A stretch of DNA of 64,000 bases, taken from Azolla caroliniana. Its lineage: Eukaryota; Plantae; Polypodiophyta. Position numbers and translations under genes: made by a program. Shown piece by piece: positions 1 through 9,722 of this stretch. The notes below the pieces were generated by a model. That model saw only the letters and a list, made by a program, of their open reading frames with translations, was not told the origin of the DNA and did not search any database. Location of the stretch: contig JBHGNT010000001.1 of NCBI GenBank assembly GCA_043228905.1, positions 27,714,001 to 27,778,000 of the forward strand, written 5' to 3'. Each line of letters starts with the position of its first letter. Position 1 is the first letter of the stretch.

Positions 1-1971
1 CGTGATGTACGGCTCTCCCAGAATGACCGGGTGCGAAGACGTCTCCTGCACGAAGAAGTGCTGGTCAATTTCGACGTCGCCGATCTTGACTCGTACATTC
101 GGACAGGCCCCGTGCAGTTCCTCGGTGGCGCGCGTTGCTGCCCTTATTTTCCACCCGTGTTTGGTGTTGATCGGCCATTTGCCCTTCTTATAGAAGTCCA
201 TGGACATCAAATTGATCTCCGATCCGTGGTCCACCAAAGCTATCACCGGTTCCTGGACATCGCCGATCTTCACCGGGGTTTCCGTGGTCGCTCGGGCCCA
301 GTGCGGTCTCGAATAGTGGCTTTCCGCCCACTCGTCTCCCAGCGCAATGTCGTCTAGGTGCGTCGTCCGCACTTCCACCGGTCTTTCCGGTTCTGTCTCC
401 GTCGACAGCCTCTTCCGTTTCACCAAGTCCACGATGGAGTCGTGGAACTCCTTCTTGGCGATTCCCAGCACCTCTCGTAACGACAGCTCCACCTTGCTGT
501 CGAGGATCCGTTCCTCCAGGACCTTTCGTAAGTCCGTGGTTCTTTCTATCTCCGTCCCCAGACGGTACCCGCCCTTCTGGGGTTTATCTTGCGTACCGGC
601 CCCGCCGGCTTCGTCCCGTCGTGGCCCGGACCGGGTCTCGTATCGTTGTGAGGGCCCGGTCGTCCCGGGTTTCCCCACCCGCTTCTCTTCTACCAGAGCC
701 TCGTAGTTCCGGCAAGCGGCTTCCACGAAGCCCGTCTTTTCCTCGACCGGGTCGCTCCACCCGGTCATCTCCCGTACCCGTTTCTCCGCACGGTCCGATT
801 CCTCCCTTTTAAGCCCTGCACCGGCAAGGCCTTCCAGCATCGTCGGCCAGAATCCGGCTTTACTTTCCTTTCGGGCCTCGCCGCCCCCGACTCGAATGCC
901 GGCCGACGCCGAGTAGTGGACGGTTTCCGCGTGTCGGGCCGCCGCCTCTTCCATCACCCTTTTCATACCGCCTCGCCCGTCGTTTCGGCTCAGGGCCCGT
1001 CGGGTGTCGCTGGCATGCACCCGCCCTTCCCACAAGTACACCACCCTGTCCCTCAGCGCCTCCGCGAAGTCGCCGCAGTCCTTCCGAATGTGGCCGACTT
1101 CATCGCACCACATGCACCTGTTTCCTGCCGCCGGCCGTCGGTCACGAGCCGGTTCGCCTCCTTCCCTTCGGGCCTGCGCGATTTGGAGGTCCTTTATCGC
1201 CTTCGTCAATTCCTCCAGCGCCGCTCCTCCGGTTGAGCCTCTGACTACGCCGGTCGAGGCCGAACCGGTTTCCAACCACTCCCGGGTCTCTTCCTTGCGC
1301 ACCTGTGGCGCTGGTTCGAGCTTCCTTGCTGCGACCGAGCCCGACCCGGTCGCCCCGTTATCCGCCCATTCTCGCCGTTTGTCGAAACGGCCACAGACCT
1401 TCCTGACAGCCGCCCAGTCGGTAGTGAGCCCGTCTTCGGTTTCCAGCAAGAGGCCCACTTGCTCCCGATCCCGCTCGTCGACCGACTTGACAAACAGCAA
1501 GACCCGGCTCGTGTCCAGGATGGTTCGGTCGAGCGCCGAAAGGCGCGCAAAGTTTTCCTCGAACTCCCGGAGGAGCGCCGACGCGTTTCTTCCCTTCCCC
1601 GGGGACTCCACCCATTCCATGAACCTTCGCTTCGAAAGCCGGAGCGCGTCGTCCAGCCCGTATTTCTCTAGGAGCCGACCTTCGAACTCCTCCCAGGTAC
1701 GGCTCTCCGTCCGCACCTCGAGCACCTCCGCATGGATGCTCGGCATCGCCACTCGGGGAAATCCGGCAAGACGCCTTTCTTCCGGAATGTCCCGCATCAA
1801 CATTTCTGCACCGTAGGACGCCAGATACTTCGTGGCATCCCTCCCATCGAACCGGCCGATCGTGCCGACGACCGCCTCAATAGCTCTGTCGAGGGCACCG
1901 GTGCCCTCGCGCGCGTTTACAATCCGATCCACGGCTGAAGCCATGGCCTCCGCAAGATCCGCCCCCTTCAT
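1..1971 (-). CDS. Gypsy Gag-protease polyprotein, open to the window edge (at least 657 aa)
   Basis: Hand translation: MKGADLAEAM...GRFDGRDATKYL..., zinc knuckle CMWCDEVGHIRKDC, protease ALVDHGSEINLM...HPVILGEPYIT. The start and the protease are in the same frame. It is missing from the ORF track, consistent with no stop before position 1. Confidence 0.85.
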   Translation of the reverse strand, partial: MKGADLAEAMASAVDRIVNAREGTGALDRAIEAVVGTIGRFDGRDATKYLASYGAEMLMRDIPEERRLAGFPRVAMPSIHAEVLEVRTESRTWEEFEGRLLEKYGLDDALRLSKRRFMEWVESPGKGRNASALLREFEENFARLSALDRTILDTSRVLLFVKSVDERDREQVGLLLETEDGLTTDWAAVRKVCGRFDKRREWADNGATGSGSVAARKLEPAPQVRKEETREWLETGSASTGVVRGSTGGAALEELTKAIKDLQIAQARREGGEPARDRRPAAGNRCMWCDEVGHIRKDCGDFAEALRDRVVYLWEGRVHASDTRRALSRNDGRGGMKRVMEEAAARHAETVHYSASAGIRVGGGEARKESKAGFWPTMLEGLAGAGLKREESDRAEKRVREMTGWSDPVEEKTGFVEAACRNYEALVEEKRVGKPGTTGPSQRYETRSGPRRDEAGGAGTQDKPQKGGYRLGTEIERTTDLRKVLEERILDSKVELSLREVLGIAKKEFHDSIVDLVKRKRLSTETEPERPVEVRTTHLDDIALGDEWAESHYSRPHWARATTETPVKIGDVQEPVIALVDHGSEINLMSMDFYKKGKWPINTKHGWKIRAATRATEELHGACPNVRVKIGDVEIDQHFFVQETSSHPVILGEPYIT

Positions 1972-1993
1972 TTCCTACTCTTCTGCCGCCTCT

Positions 1994-2011
1994 TTCACGT
2001 CGGGTTCACCA
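1994..2011 (-). promoter_or_regulatory. Primer-binding site complementary to the tRNA-Trp 3' end
   Basis: Plus strand TTCACGTCGGGTTCACCA matches the 3' 18 nt of plant cytosolic tRNA-Trp including CCA (recalled sequence), 3 nt from the LTR end. Confidence 0.85.
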
Positions 2012-3164
2012 AGATGTCGAGATATTACGCAAGTGCGTGTGGAATCGAGGCGGGACCGCGGGGGTCTCGAACCAAAGAGCAAGCGTGGGAGGAGAAAGAG
2101 AGAGAACCGGCTACGCAGGACCGGGGATACACAGGGACACGGCCCTTCAGCACGGAGAACGCGAACAGAGACCGACACAGACAGATGCGAATGACTTAAT
2201 ATGTATATTAAGAAAAATGGCTAACACTACTACAACCCTCGATGGGGCACAGGTTGGTTACAACCGAACAGGCCGGCGAACAGATGCCGATGCCTGCTCG
2301 CTTCGACGCACAAAACGGGCAAAGGGGGGGGGGTAGCAGGTTGGAGGTGCTGCCGGAAGCACTCGGGCGTTCCTCGAAACAGCGCGAGCCTCCTCCGAAC
2401 CCTGCACAGAAAGCTGTGGAGCTCAAGAAGGAAGGAAACAGAGAGAGAGCGACGTCCAGAAACGGTCCGACAGCACTTCGTCCTCTCTGCGCGAGATACC
2501 TGCAACAGCTCTTTCCCGCTCCTTATATAGGCTGACGAGCAGGCCGTCGCGTCAGCTTTTATTCCCTGTCCCTTTTGGACAGGGATCCGCTCCGTTTTTC
2601 ACGCTTCCGCGTAGTTACGCCACCGGCTTGTACAATTCGCGCGCGCGACCGAAAAGACTGTTCGCGCGGTCTTTGTCTCCACTTGAGTTAGGGCCCGTTC
2701 CTGCCGATTATCCTCCTAATTCGTTTCTATGTACAACTTGGAGCGTGCGCGCGTGAAGAACCGGTTCCCACGCCTTGGTGCGCCGATTCCGCCTATGGAC
2801 GGTTTTCTTCACGACAGCGTACGTCCTCTCATCAGGTGCAATTACTGAAGCTACAATCCCATTAGGGCTTTGTGTGGGCTCACACCAGGAGGAGCTCGCC
2901 TTTTACCTCATCGCATCTCCTCGACATCCGATCGTCTTAGGACTAACGTGGTTGGAGGCGCACAATCCAATAGTGGATTGGTGCAACCGCTCGATCACAT
3001 TTAGCAAGCCAAGATGCTCGTGCAAAAGTATGAAGGTAAATTCAGTTTCCCATCCTTCGGAGAAGGTCGATTCCGATTTGACTACCCCATCATCGGTCCA
3101 GGATGGGTTTGTTTGTGGCGTCGTTTCTAACACACTCCATGTTATTCCCGACAAATACCAACAC

Positions 3165-6100
3165 TGTTGGGATTACGGTCCCTCCGGATGGGATGATCGG
3201 ATGTCCGGATATGAATGACGGCAAGCCCGGTTACGGTTACGGAGCCGGATGATGAAGACCCCGGTTACGGAGCCGGATGACGAATGTACCCGGATGGAGA
3301 TCCGGATGCGGGGACATATTTGTGAATATGTTTTGCCAAGAGCCCTTGAGGCTATATTTGTAAATAGCCCGAAAGTCATATGTGTATAAATATGACTTAG
3401 GGCAAACAGTTTATTGTTGTTGCTCATTTTCATGCGAAGTGAGAGCAGCCGAGAGAGAGAGAGAGAGAGAGAGAGACGAAGAGGTCGTTGCCTCTGTGTA
3501 TTACCGCCGCCTGTGGCGAAGACAGTGAGCTCAAGGTTGTTGCCTTGTAGCTTCACCAGTGTACATCCCTGTTCATAGTGATAGTTGGAGTTTGAGGACT
3601 CCCGTGGTTTTTCCCATATAGGGTTTTCCACGTTAATCCCTGTGTCATCGTGTCTTTCTCTGTGTTTCCTATTTTCTGCTCCTTTGATTCGCAATTACTC
3701 GGTTGTGGCCGAGGGAAGAAGGTAAATCGGAGCGTCGATTCTCAACAAATTGGTATCAGAGCGACTGTTGCAGAAAATGGAAGGCGGCGGCAGTGGGCAG
3801 CCGGGGATGATGGTGCTGAATGCGCAGAACTACGCCGACTGGAAGATCAAGATGGAAGATCTTCTGATTGTTCGGGACCTGTACGAACCGATTGACAGGT
3901 CGGAAATACCGAAGGGAGTACTTGAGTCGGAATGGAGGCTTCAGAACCGGAAAGCCGTTGCAACCATTCGGCAATACGTAGACGTGAGTGTTCTACAACA
4001 TGTGGCGAATGACACCAACGCATTTGAGATGTGGAAGAAGCTGTCGGGCCTCTACGAGAGGAAGAATGCGTTGAACCGGACCTCCCTGATGAGGAAGATT
4101 GTGAATCTCAAGTACCGGGACGGCGAGAGTATGGTGGAACACGTAAGCACGTTCATGGGATTCGTGAACCAGCTTGCGACGATCAAGTTCCCGTTGGAGG
4201 ATGCAATGCAAGCCATCATCCTGATGTGTACATTGCCGGAAAGCTGGGAGAACCTGGTGGTGACTCTCAGCACCTCCTGCACCGAAGATAACTTGTCCCT
4301 ACAAACGGTAAAGACAAGTATTTTGAACGAAGAAGCGCGTCGGAGAGATAAAGAACCGGCCTCCGATTCGAAGGCGCTGCTTACCAAATCGGAACGGGGA
4401 AGACAATGGAACCGGAGTCCGCAAAGACGGGAGAAGTCGGGGACCCGGTCGCAGTCAAGAGGAAGACCCACATGCTTCCACTGTGGGAAGCCGGGGCACT
4501 TCCGGAAGAATTGTCGGCATTACCGAAAGGACAACGGAGCCGACGACACCGATTCGAAGAAGTCACCGGAGAGAAACGGTGCATACCGGGGAGCCACGGA
4601 CCGAAGAGGTCCGGATCGGCGAGGGCAGGACCGGAAAGGAACGACGGCACTCGCGGCAAGTGAAGAGGAGATCATGCTCATCACCGAAGAAGGTGAACTA
4701 AACATTGCCGGCGATGAGACGACCTGGGTGGTCGATTCCGGAGCATCGTTCCACCTGACCCCGGAGAAAAGATACTTCTCATCCTACACAACCGGTGAGC
4801 ATGGCTGTGTTCGGATGGGAAATGAAGGTACGTGCCGGATTGCCGGCATAGGAGACGTGTGGTTGACAACCCCGACCGGATGCAAAATGCTGCTGAAGGA
4901 TGTCAGACACGTTCCGGAGGTTCGATTGAACCTGATTTCGGCCGGGAGGCTAGACGATGAAGGCTACACAAGTAGCATCCGGAACGGCGTAATGAAGTTC
5001 AGCAAGGGGAGCCTGATAGTGGCTCGGGCCCGGAAAGTCAACACTCTGTACCTGATGAATGCCCGATTATGTCCGGAAGAGCTGAATGTGGCAGCCGACA
5101 CTGCCGGTGAGCTGTGGCACAAAAGACTGTGCCACATGAGTGAGAAGGGGATGAAGAGGCTTGCAGAAGACAACCTTATTCCAGTGAAGCATGTGCACCT
5201 GGAGAAGTGCACCGACTGCCTGGCCGGTAAGCAAAACCGAACCTCCTTCCACTCAAGGCCACCGACGAGACGTAGCGCACCCTTGGAGCTGGTGCACACT
5301 GATGTGTGTCAGGTAGAAACGAAGTCACATGGCGGAGCCCAGTACTTCGTGACATTCATTGATGATCACAGCCGGAAGCTGTGGACGGCACCGTTGAAGA
5401 CAAAGGACCAAGTGTTGTCCGTCTTCAAAGAACTCCACGCGAGAGTGGAAAGAGAATCCGGCAAGAAGCTGAAAGCGATACGAGCGGATAACGGAGGGGA
5501 ATACCGGGGGCAGTTCCAGGAGTACTGTCGCTCGAAGGGAATCCGGCTCGAGTTTACTGTGCCGAAGACGCCGGAACTGAACGGGCTGGCCGAGAGGATG
5601 AACCGGACCATAATGGAGAGGGTCCGGAGTATGCTGGCGCATGCGAAATTACCCAAGGGGTTTTGGGCTGAGGCGATGTCGACGGCGACATACGTGATAA
5701 ACAAATCACCCTCAGTACCTTTGGACGGAGACACGCCGCAGAAAGTGTGGACCGGTAAGGAAGTGTCCTACCGGCATCTGAAGGTGTTCGGGTGTCTCGC
5801 ATACGTGCATGTGGCAAAGGACCGGAGAGGAAAGTTAGATCCAAAGACCCGGCCATGCATATTCCTCGGTTACGGCGACGACGAGTTCGGCTACCGAGTA
5901 TGGGACCCGGTCGACAAGAAGATATTCAGGAGTCGAGATATCATCTTCATGGAGGACAAGACACTCGCCGACTGGGAGTCGGAGAAGAAGATGAAGAGCT
6001 CCAAGTCGACCGGTGAGGATAAACTCTACGAGGAGCAGTCCCGACCAGCAAGGGACCGGTTAGCACTCGAGGATCCGGCCGAAGACGGTGAAGAAATAGA

Positions 6101-8446
6101 ACCGGCCGAAGAAGATGAAAATGATACCGGAACCGGCCCCGATCCCGAAATGGATTCGGATGAAGAAGAAGAATCGGAAGAACCGGTTACCGAAGCTCCG
6201 GAACGGAGATATCCTCTAAGAGAGAGAAGGGCCCCCCGGAGATTTCCGGAACCAGAGCACGTGCTGCTAACCAACGAGGGGGAGCCGGAGAGCTTTGAAG
6301 AAGCAAAGCACGACACCCAGAGCCGCAGGTGGTTGAGTGCCATGCAGGAAGAGATGGATTCCCTGCATGAGAACCACACATATGAACTTATGGAGTTGCC
6401 GAAAGGAAAGCGGGCACTTCGAAACAAGTGGGTGTTCAAGCTGAAACCGGGAGATGCCGGAAACCCCCCGAGATACAAAGCCAGGATCGTGGTGAAGGGG
6501 TTTCAGCAGAAGAAGGGCGTCGACTTCGACGAGATATTTGCCCCGGTAGTGAAGATGACCTCCATCCGGACGGTGCTGAGCATAGCGGCAAGCATGGACC
6601 TCGAGGTAGAACAGATGGACGTGAAGACGGCATTCCTTCACGGTGACCTCGAAGAAGAGATCTACATGCAGCAACCGGAAGGATTCGAGAAGAAAGGGAA
6701 GGAGCACCTGGTATGCCGGTTGAAGAAGAGCCTTTATGGACTGAAGCAGGCTCCCCGGCAATGGTACCGGAAGTTCGACTCCTTCATGACCGACGAAGGG
6801 TACCACAAAACGCAGTCCGATCACTGCGTGTTTGTGAAGAAGTTCGAAGGAGGAGACTTTCTAATACTCCTCCTGTACGTGGACGACATGTTGATCGTCG
6901 GACGGGACCAGGTCAAGATACGGATGCTGAAGAAGGCTCTTCACCGAACCTTCTCAATGAAGGACTTGGGTCCGGCGAGACAAATACTAGGGATGCACAT
7001 CATCCGGGACCGGAGCAAGAAGCAGTTGTGGCTGTCACAGGAGAAGTACGTGACAAAGGTGCTTCAACGGTTCAACATGTCGGAAGCAAGACCGGTCGGA
7101 TCAACCCTCCCGGCAAACTGCAAGCTGTCCAACAAGCAAAGTCCCAAGACAAAGGCTGAAAAGGAGGATATGATGAAAGTGCCGTATGCCTCAGCCGTCG
7201 GGAGCTTGATGTACGCCATGGTGTGTACGAGACCGGACATAGGATATGCAGTCGGAGTGGTGAGCCGGTACATGAGCAATCCTGGCAAAGAGCACTGGAA
7301 CGCGGTCAAGTGGATACTCCGATACCTGAAGGGCACGGCAAACGTGTGCCTCCGATTCGGCTCCGGTAAGCCCGAACTTGACGGTTTTACCGATTCGGAT
7401 ATGTCGGCTGATGCAGATACCAGCCGGTCCACATCCGGGTATGTGATGACCTATGCAGGGGGAGCCGTTTCGTGGCAGTCGAGGCTGCAGAAGACGGTTG
7501 CGTTGTCAACCACGGAGGCGGAGTACATGGCGGCTGTTGAAGCCGGCAAGGAAATAATATGGATGAAGGACTTCATTAGAGAGCTCGGGATCCGGCAGGA
7601 GGAGTACCGACTCTACTGCGATAGTCAGAGTGCCATCCACCTTGCAAAGAACGCGGCCTACCATTCCCGGACGAAACACATACAGCGTAGATACCACTGG
7701 ATCCGGGAAAGGATAGAAGACAAGGAGTTCGTGCTGACGAAGATCCACACGGACGAGAATGGGTCGGATATGCTGACCAAAGTGCTCACATCCGACAAGC
7801 TGGAAGCATGCCGGAAGAGGATCGGATTGGAAAGACATCCCATGCCGAAGTGAAGGGGGAGTTTGTTGGGATTACGGTCCCTCCGGATGGGATGATCGGA
7901 TGTCCGGATATGAATGACGGCAAGCCCGGTTACGGTTACGGAGCCGGATGATGAAGACCCCGGTTACGGAGCCGGATGACGAATGTACCCGGATGGAGAT
8001 CCGGATGCGGGGACATATTTGTGAATATGTTTTGCCAAGAGCCCTTGAGGCTATATTTGTAAATAGCCCGAAAGTCATATGTGTATAAATATGACTTAGG
8101 GCAAACAGTTTATTGTTGTTGCTCATTTTCATGCGAAGTGAGAGCAGCCGAGAGAGAGAGAGAGAGAGAGAGAGACGAAGAGGTCGTTGCCTCTGTGTAT
8201 TACCGCCGCCTGTGGCGAAGACAGTGAGCTCAAGGTTGTTGCCTTGTAGCTTCACCAGTGTACATCCCTGTTCATAGTGATAGTTGGAGTTTGAGGACTC
8301 CCGTGGTTTTTCCCATATAGGGTTTTCCACGTTAATCCCTGTGTCATCGTGTCTTTCTCTGTGTTTCCTATTTTCTGCTCCTTTGATTCGCAATTACTCG
8401 GTTGTGGCCGAGGGAAGAAGGTAAATCGGAGCGTCGATTCTCAACA
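3165..8446 (+). mobile_element. Intact full-length Ty1/Copia LTR retrotransposon (Tnt1/Tork-like)
   Basis: 583-bp LTRs 3165-3747 and 7864-8446 (TG...CA, apparently identical). TSD AACAC at 3160-3164 and 8447-8451. PBS TGGTATCAGAGC 3751-3762 (tRNA-iMet). PPT GAAGGGGGAG before the 3' LTR. Confidence 0.98.
3777..7853 (+). CDS. Copia Gag-Pol polyprotein (Gag, CCHC, protease, integrase, RT, RNase H), uninterrupted
   Basis: CFHCGKPGHFRKNC; WVVDSGAS; WHKRLCH; VHTD / IRADNGGEY / AERMNRT integrase; [31 protein letters not shown]; FTDSD...STTEAEY...RTKHI RNase H. First ATG at 3777. Confidence 0.97.
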   Translation: MEGGGSGQPGMMVLNAQNYADWKIKMEDLLIVRDLYEPIDRSEIPKGVLESEWRLQNRKAVATIRQYVDVSVLQHVANDTNAFEMWKKLSGLYERKNALNRTSLMRKIVNLKYRDGESMVEHVSTFMGFVNQLATIKFPLEDAMQAIILMCTLPESWENLVVTLSTSCTEDNLSLQTVKTSILNEEARRRDKEPASDSKALLTKSERGRQWNRSPQRREKSGTRSQSRGRPTCFHCGKPGHFRKNCRHYRKDNGADDTDSKKSPERNGAYRGATDRRGPDRRGQDRKGTTALAASEEEIMLITEEGELNIAGDETTWVVDSGASFHLTPEKRYFSSYTTGEHGCVRMGNEGTCRIAGIGDVWLTTPTGCKMLLKDVRHVPEVRLNLISAGRLDDEGYTSSIRNGVMKFSKGSLIVARARKVNTLYLMNARLCPEELNVAADTAGELWHKRLCHMSEKGMKRLAEDNLIPVKHVHLEKCTDCLAGKQNRTSFHSRPPTRRSAPLELVHTDVCQVETKSHGGAQYFVTFIDDHSRKLWTAPLKTKDQVLSVFKELHARVERESGKKLKAIRADNGGEYRGQFQEYCRSKGIRLEFTVPKTPELNGLAERMNRTIMERVRSMLAHAKLPKGFWAEAMSTATYVINKSPSVPLDGDTPQKVWTGKEVSYRHLKVFGCLAYVHVAKDRRGKLDPKTRPCIFLGYGDDEFGYRVWDPVDKKIFRSRDIIFMEDKTLADWESEKKMKSSKSTGEDKLYEEQSRPARDRLALEDPAEDGEEIEPAEEDENDTGTGPDPEMDSDEEEESEEPVTEAPERRYPLRERRAPRRFPEPEHVLLTNEGEPESFEEAKHDTQSRRWLSAMQEEMDSLHENHTYELMELPKGKRALRNKWVFKLKPGDAGNPPRYKARIVVKGFQQKKGVDFDEIFAPVVKMTSIRTVLSIAASMDLEVEQMDVKTAFLHGDLEEEIYMQQPEGFEKKGKEHLVCRLKKSLYGLKQAPRQWYRKFDSFMTDEGYHKTQSDHCVFVKKFEGGDFLILLLYVDDMLIVGRDQVKIRMLKKALHRTFSMKDLGPARQILGMHIIRDRSKKQLWLSQEKYVTKVLQRFNMSEARPVGSTLPANCKLSNKQSPKTKAEKEDMMKVPYASAVGSLMYAMVCTRPDIGYAVGVVSRYMSNPGKEHWNAVKWILRYLKGTANVCLRFGSGKPELDGFTDSDMSADADTSRSTSGYVMTYAGGAVSWQSRLQKTVALSTTEAEYMAAVEAGKEIIWMKDFIRELGIRQEEYRLYCDSQSAIHLAKNAAYHSRTKHIQRRYHWIRERIEDKEFVLTKIHTDENGSDMLTKVLTSDKLEACRKRIGLERHPMPK

Positions 8447-9722
8447 AACACTTCTCCGACGTATTTGAAAAATGTAATGTTGATCGTTTGTCTTAACACT
8501 GGCTCTACGACTGTCCGATTGATCTTCAAGAAGGTGTGTGTCCACCCTTTGGTCCTCTATATGCGTTGTCTGCACCAGACTTGAAGGCCCTTCGTGTGTA
8601 TCTCGATGAGAACCTCGAGAAAGGATTTATTCAACCTTCTAAGTCACCAATCGGGGCCCCGTTTTTATTTTTGAAGAAGAAGGACGACTCTCTACGCTTA
8701 TGCGTCGACTACCGAGGTCTCAACAAACTCACTGTGCGCAACCGCAATCCGCTACCTCTGATCCCCGAACTCCTTGATCGGCTCTGAGTTGCGCGTGACT
8801 TCTCCAAAGTTGATCTGCATGGAGCGTACAATCTAGTACGCATCAAGCCGGGGGATGAATGGAAAACCGCATTTCGAACATGGTATGGGCATTTCGAATA
8901 CAAGGTAATGCCTTTTGGTCTTACTAACGCTCCAACAGTTTTTCAACATATGATGAACAATATATTCCGGGAATATCTTGATCATTTTGTTGTCATTTAC
9001 CTCGATGATATTCTCATTTTCTCGCCAAACATGGAGGAGCACACTCGCCAAGTCCGATTAGTTCTTGCCAAACTTCGTGAGCATGGCCTTTATGCCAAAG
9101 GCGAGAAATGCGAGTTCGACCATACCTCGATCAAATTTCTGGGCTACATCATCTCGCCCACTGGCATCACCATGGATATGAAGAAGGTCTTTGTCATTCA
9201 GGCGTGGGCGACTCCAAGGCGACTTAAAGATGTGCAATCCTTCCTCGGCTTCTCGAATTTTTACCGTCGCTTCATCAAGGGTTTTCCACCCTAGCACAAC
9301 CTCTTATCGCTCTCACCCGTAAAGGCACTCCATTTTTATGGACCTCGGAGGCACAAAATGCATTCAACCCACTCAAACACGCATTCATCACTGCCCTAGT
9401 GCTGCTACATGCCAACCCCACAAAACCCTTCCAAGTTGAAACCGAGGCCTCTGACTTCACCATTTGTGCCATCTTATCCCAGGCAGACGACACCAACCTA
9501 ATGCACCCAGTGGCTTACTACTCCCGGAAATTCACGGCATCTGAAATCAATTATCCCATATACGACAAGGAGCTTGCTGCTATCATTGTTGTCTTTGAAG
9601 AATGGCGACCCTACTTGACCAACGCACAACATGTGTCCAGGTAGTGACTGATCATAAAAATTTAGTTTATTTTTCCACCACTCGTACTTTGAATCAAAGG
9701 CAGGCCCGTTGGTTGACATTTC

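Larger units (their letters stand above)
1..2816 (-). mobile_element. Ty3/Gypsy LTR retrotransposon, 5' part (5' LTR 2816-2015, tRNA-Trp PBS, gag-protease); continues beyond the window start
   Basis: 802-bp LTR with TGTCG...CGACA ends and a minus-strand TATA (CCTATATAAGG, about 2521-2531). PBS follows 3 nt after the LTR, then an open gag-PR frame. The element interrupts the protease region of the host Gypsy at 2817. Confidence 0.9.

Noticed and set aside
347-1816. Long plus-strand ORFs (for example 1004-1816, 270 aa)
   Set aside because: Antisense shadows of the GC-rich gag ORF on the minus strand.
1994-2011. tRNA-like sequences here and at 39272-39289 and 41668-41679 as tRNA genes
   Set aside because: Only 12-18 nt including CCA and adjacent to LTRs; these are primer-binding sites.
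3173-3694. 173-aa antisense ORF, repeated at 7872-8393
   Set aside because: Lies wholly in the LTR, includes an (LS)n microsatellite translation and has no domain; the duplication is simply the LTR pair.
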